64,000 nt of DNA from the human T2T-CHM13v2.0 reference genome, Homo sapiens. The DNA lies in assembly GCF_009914755.1 (NCBI RefSeq), contig NC_060929.1; one strand, 5' to 3'. The notes below the pieces were generated by a model. It was not told the origin of the DNA and did not search any database. It saw nothing but the letters and a program-made list of their open reading frames with translations. This document shows positions 58,675 through 64,000 of the stretch, piece after piece (the first letter of the stretch is position 1; each line of letters begins with the position of its first letter). The translations under genes were made by a program, and so were the position numbers.

Positions 58675-59941
58675 TTAAAAATTAAATTTAAATTTAAGTT
58701 TAAATTTGTAAGTTTTAAAGTTTAAGAACAAAAAAGTAGATATTTGTTGTCAGTGATTTTGGAACCCAAGAACAGTATAAAGTTTGACATTATTTAATAT
58801 TTGGAATATAAGTTTATCATTTTTCTTGTAAATACATAGGAGGTTATACTATATATGCTGTTTTGGAACTTGCTTTATTTTTGCTTAATAATCAATTGAG
58901 AACATTTTTGATGCTCTTAAATATTATGTATGTTCTTTATCTTCCTTCTCCTCCTTTTCCTCTTCCTTTCTCTTCTCTTTTTAGGTTTTCATACTTGTCA
59001 TTCCAGATGTTGGCCAACACTTGGCTACTATTCTCCCAGTTCTCTTTTAGTCTTCTCACCATTGAACCAAATGTAACATACCAAAAAAAAAAAAGTCCTG
59101 CCGAAACCTTTCTTTAATTTTTACTGTTCTCTCTTGATCTGCTCCATTTATTGAAATACAACTTGGTAATGGTCCTTAGTATATTAGAATTTGTAGACAA
59201 AGTGAAATTGGTTATTCAGTTGCCTATGTGATAAAAATAAAAATCTTATTTGAACTACATTGGCATGCCTTTCCTTATTTTTGTTTATAATTAGATTTTT
59301 CTTTAGTATGCAATTTAAAATCATATTTCTAGTTTTGCAGAGCTAGATATGAAACAGATAATAATCTGTCCCTAGTAAGTTAGTAAATAGAGGGACAGCT
59401 GTCTTATTCATTACTTGCTCACTTATTTGCTAACTTGCTCACTCATATCATTTATTCACTGATTTATTAATTAATAAACACTTATTAGGTGCCTTTTTTT
59501 CTGTACAGGAACTATTCTAGTTGATGGGAAAATAAGAGTGAGCAGAACAGCCATGATCCTGCCCTCATGTGGCTTATACCTTCATTCCCACTTATTTCCT
59601 CTCCATGCTCTTCTTGACTGCTTTGGCAGAATGTTTGAAAGTTTGAGTGTGGTTACCTGTACTTTCTAGTGGGATTATTTGAAATGTTTAAGGTGGAAAT
59701 AATTGGGATCTGAATAGCAGTTGGAGAGCCTTAAGAAAAGTGAAAGAACTGCTATTTCATAGTTAAGAAAGGATTTTTGAAGCTCCTCTTCTCTCTGCCT
59801 TTCAGATTCTGGTATGAATGGATTAAAATGAATGCTTTGTAATCCAAACTTGGACACCTTTACATGTTAGAACTCTTTCAGTAATTGGATTTTGTTTTTG
59901 AAACCTTGACAGGAATTGTTGAACCTATCTTGGTTAACTAG

Positions 59942-60130
<189 letters not shown>

Positions 60131-60152
60131 TAGTTAAGGATTCTTACCTATA

Positions 60153-60888
60153 CAATTGAGACTTGAACAGCATGAGTTTGAACTGCATGAGCCCACTTAT
60201 AGGCAAATTTTCTTATACATCTGCCACCCCTGGGACACCAAGACCAATCCCTCTTCTTCCTCCTCCTCTTCCTCCTCCTCAGCCTACCCAATGTGAAGAT
60301 GATGAGGATGAAGACCTTTATGATGATCTACTTCCACTTACTGAATAGTAAATATTCTTTCATTTTTTATGTTTTTCATGACATTTTATTTTTCCTAGTT
60401 TCTTCTTCCTCTTCTTCTTTTTCTCAGAGACAAGTGAATGTTTATTTTTGTGCCTTTCTTCCTATGTGTATGTCAAGTCTTTTTCAAAACAAGGCCCCAG
60501 GAAACTCCAGATTCCATTATGTCCCCAGGCTTGGTCGACTGCTGCAGGAGTCTTAGGGAGCCTTGTACAAATGCTCGATTTGCTCATTTACCAACATTAA
60601 ACCCTTGGATAGACGATGCAGCAAAGCAGGACTCCTTCCTCCATGGAATGTGCTGATTTCAGATGAGGTGGCAGCCAGTGTAGAAAACGTTTCCTAGCTC
60701 ATTTTATTGTAATAATGCAGAATATAATAACACAAAATATGTATCAATTGATGGTTTATGTTATTGGTAAGGGTTTTGGTTAACAGTAGGCTATCAGTTG
60801 TTAAGATTTTAGGGAGTCAAAAGTTATACGTGAATTTTTGACTGCATAGTCAGTGCTCCCAAGCTGCACATTGTTTAAGGGTCAACTG
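60153..60888 (+). mobile_element. Tigger2a/MER28-type DNA transposon interrupted by a retrocopy
   Basis: TIRs CAATTGAGACTTGAACA...TGTTTAAGGGTCAACTG, TA TSD, and a GATGATGAGGATGAAGACCTTTATGATGAT core. Confidence 0.85.
60401..60689 (-). pseudogene. 5'-truncated processed mRNA 3'UTR retrocopy
   Basis: Minus-strand AATAAA (60441-60446) about 16 nt before a purine-rich degraded A-tail; TSD TTTCCTAG(T/C)T at 60391-60400 and 60690-60699. Confidence 0.8.
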
Positions 60889-61377
60889 TATATTGATCTT
60901 ATATTACCATATATGTAATCTTATAGCATAGAGACTTGGTAATACGTACTTTGAAATTGTGTGTGTTCCTTGAATTTGAAGTGCTGTTTATGTTTATATA
61001 TTCTCTGTACAACATATTTTATATATAGAAAAGCCTTGCTGAGTTAAGTATAATGTATCTGAGATAATTATGGGAATATTTGTTATTTTCTTGTACAATC
61101 TTTGCAGACCCCAAAAGTTTTTAGAAAAATTGAACACAAGTGATCCTTGTATAGATTAAAATCTTCATTTATTAAAGGACCTAAGTATTTCTCTTATGCA
61201 AGATAATTCTGGTTATTCTTTTGTTCTCAAATTCTAGAAACATATTTTTCCTAAAAATATTTAATTTGGATTTCACGTTAATCTGGCTTTACCTTTAAGT
61301 TACTTGTGGTAATAAGATTATACTGTAGTCAATATTCTTCTGTAGTAAATAAAGTATTATTTAAAGCAGTATTGGGA

Positions 61378-63860
61378 AAAGACTTCTGGAATGGTGACGT
61401 AAGAAGCTCCTTGGACTTTCTTGTCAGTGAAACAACCATGACTTGTAAAAAATTATTTTAAAACACAGCTATTTAATGTCTCTGGAAATTGTTCTAAGGG
61501 TATAGAGCAAATGAAGAAACATTTATTCAAGAAAATCTATTATATTTTGGTAAGAACAGTGAGACTGTGTGGCATTTGAGTCACAACCCCTCCCTTTGTT
61601 CTTCCTCTCCTGGCTGAGCATGACAGAAACTGTACCCCAGGCGTTTGCAGCCAAGAACGTAGGAGCCCTCTGCCATGCTGTCTTCCCAGGATGGGCAGAC
61701 TATTAACTTTTCTTATCCTTCCCACTAGCTCTGAATTGCAGATGCTCTATTCCAGGTAAAAGTGACTGACTTGTGAGCCTCTATTTCTCCATCCAGCCCC
61801 CACTTACAGAGTGGAGACTTTACCCTACCTGTGGCAGGTTGAGAATACTGGGGCCCTGATTGCACTTGCCCTAGCTTTCCCGTAGCGTGGAGGTTCCGTG
61901 GTTGGAGAGCCAGCAGAGAAGAACAGAAGCTACTACACCTGCCCTGCTTCCTTCTTGTAAAGCAAGTGTATCATTTGGAAAGAAGTATGTCACTACTCCT
62001 GCAGAAATTCTGCCTAGAGGGAGAGGAAGGCTGTAATAACACAAAGTTCTGACCCTCTTCACAAGGAAACAGAGTCTTTTTGTAACTAAGTATTTGGAAG
62101 TTCAAGCATAGGGATGCCCTCAAAAACAAGGTGTGACTGTAGTGATAAGCAATTAAGAGAAGGCTGGTAGTTCCGTAACAGCAGGGAGCTAAAGTGTAGC
62201 CCAGCTAGACATTTACTAGAAAGAACCAGGGAAAGAGATAGCTAAGAAAAGCCCTCCTGGGATTGTAACAAACCTCAAAGTCTGGCCTCAACGACTATCC
62301 TTGCAAAGAGGCTTGAATTTAATTGGATCAGATTGTTGAACAATTTATACCCCAGGACACTGTTGAAAAAAATAGAACAGTAATCTAGCAATTAGTGGAA
62401 CCTTACAACTGGGTATGATACCAAAAGAGGCAGACAGTTTAACAGAGAGACCAACGAGAGACAGTCAAAGAGAGCCTGCTAAAACCAGTGTCATCGTAGG
62501 GTGACTGCACCTACTCAAGGTACACTCTCTGAGGAGCAATATCAGAGGCTGTACACTATTGGGAGAATAGACTCACATGTAAGAGTCTAGCTAAGTTACT
62601 AAATAAATAAACAATAACAACAAGCCCTGGAAGGGGTGGGGGATTAGTGTCTAGAGTTGTTATAATCTATTATCTGAAATGCCCAGTTAGCAACAAAAAA
62701 TTATAAGATATGGAAGAAACAGGAGAGTGTGATGCATAGACGGAAGAAACAAACAGGCAACAGAAACTGCCTTTGAGAGAACTTAGTAGACAGACTTCAC
62801 AGCAGCTGTTATTTATGTTCAAAGAACTAAAGGAAACCATGCTTAAATGTTACTAAATATATATAAATTATTACAAAGACTCAAATAGGAAATTTGGAGC
62901 TGAAAGTATAATAACTGAGATGAAAAATTTACTGTTGAAGGGCCAAATGTAGATTTGACAAAAGAAAGAATCAAAAAAGCTTAAAGATAGATTGATAGTG
63001 ATTATACAAACTAAAGAACAGAGAGAACCACAGTGAAGAAAAGGAAAAAGAATGAAGAGCCTTAGAGAAAGATGGAGTATCACTAAGCACACTAACATTC
63101 ATATAATGGGTGTATCAGAGACAGAGAAAGGAACAGAAAAAAATTTTGAGGAAATAATGGCTTCTGATGAAAAACATTATACATCCAAGAAGCTCAGTCA
63201 ACTCCAAATAGATTATATATCTAAAGAAATCCATATTCTCTTCATTGTAGTAAAAGTGTTGAAAGCCAGAAACGAAAAGGTTGAAAATAATCAGAGAAAA
63301 AATGACTCATTACTTACAAAGGAACCCTAATAAGATTAAGAGCTGACCTCTGACTTCTCATCAGAAACAATGGAAGTCAGAAGATAGTGGGCTAATGTAT
63401 TCAGAGTGCTGAAAGGAAAAAAAAAAAATACCACAAGGTCAACTAAGAATTTTATAACCAGCAAAATGAGCTTTCTAAAATAAATATAAAATAAAGACAT
63501 TCCTGGACAACAAAAACTGAGAGAATTTGTTGTTAGCAGTCTTGCCTTATAAGAAATCCTAAATAAAGTTCTTCAGATTGATAGCAAGTGACCACATACT
63601 GTGTTTATATGAAATACCCAGGTTAGGCAAATCTGTAGAGTCAGAAAGTAGGTTAGATGTTGCCAAGGGCTGGAGGAGAAAGGAGACAAGGGAGAGTGAC
63701 TGCTGATGGCTATAGGGTTTTCTTTTGGGGACATGAAAATGTGCCTAAGTTGATTCTGGTGATGGTTGGACAACTCTATGAATATACTAAAAATGACTGG
63801 ATTTTACATTTTAAAGAGGTGAATTATATGTGTATTGTGTCAGTAAAGCTGTTTGAAAAA
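61378..63860 (+). mobile_element. Old L1M 5'UTR/ORF1 fragment followed by an L1MB-type 3' fragment
   Basis: ORF1 remnant (NIHIMGVSETEKGTEKNFEEIMA; GACTTCTCATCAGAAACAATGGAAG) and 3'UTR AGGCAAATCTGTAGAGTCAGAAAGTAG. Confidence 0.7.
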
Positions 63861-64000
63861 TTAGTATTGATCAATACTATATGAAAACAATGTCCTGGGC
63901 CCGCATTTAAAAAAAAGTTGTCCTCACTTATTGCTTGGATGTGAAAAAATTACCTTGACAGGTATTAAATGGGTATTATTTACGTGAAGTTGTATCTATT

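Noticed and set aside
60163-60348. Pro/acidic-rich ORF (PPPLPPPQPTQCEDDEDEDLYDD)
   Set aside because: Standard Tigger2 transposase C-terminal remnant.

Overview
Primate, most likely human, genomic DNA containing the 5' two-thirds of HSD17B4 (peroxisomal D-bifunctional protein/MFE-2) on the + strand. It holds the CpG-island promoter and coding exons 1-16 (codons 1-479: the whole SDR dehydrogenase unit and the start of the hydratase-2 unit). All introns are GT-AG and the frame is continuous across junctions. The exon 6 allele encodes His106 rather than Arg106. The rest is intronic and upstream repeat sequence: Alus, L1, L2, MIR, MER11/LTR1/MST/MLT LTRs and Tigger-type transposons. Most ORFs in the supplied track are Alu/L1 artefacts. 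Highlights: (1) a dual-frame exon 2 with a 65-nt cassette exon, which remodels or poisons the N-terminus; (2) a circularly permuted duplication flanking the promoter; (3) two independent TSD-flanked tRNA-Glu 5' fragment insertions; (4) U13 snoRNA and mRNA 3'UTR retrocopies; (5) an Alu carrying a 3'-transduced flank; (6) DR1 motifs in an upstream MER11 LTR. I found no evidence for a new protein-coding system. Repeat subfamily names are recalled from consensus sequences, not from a database search.
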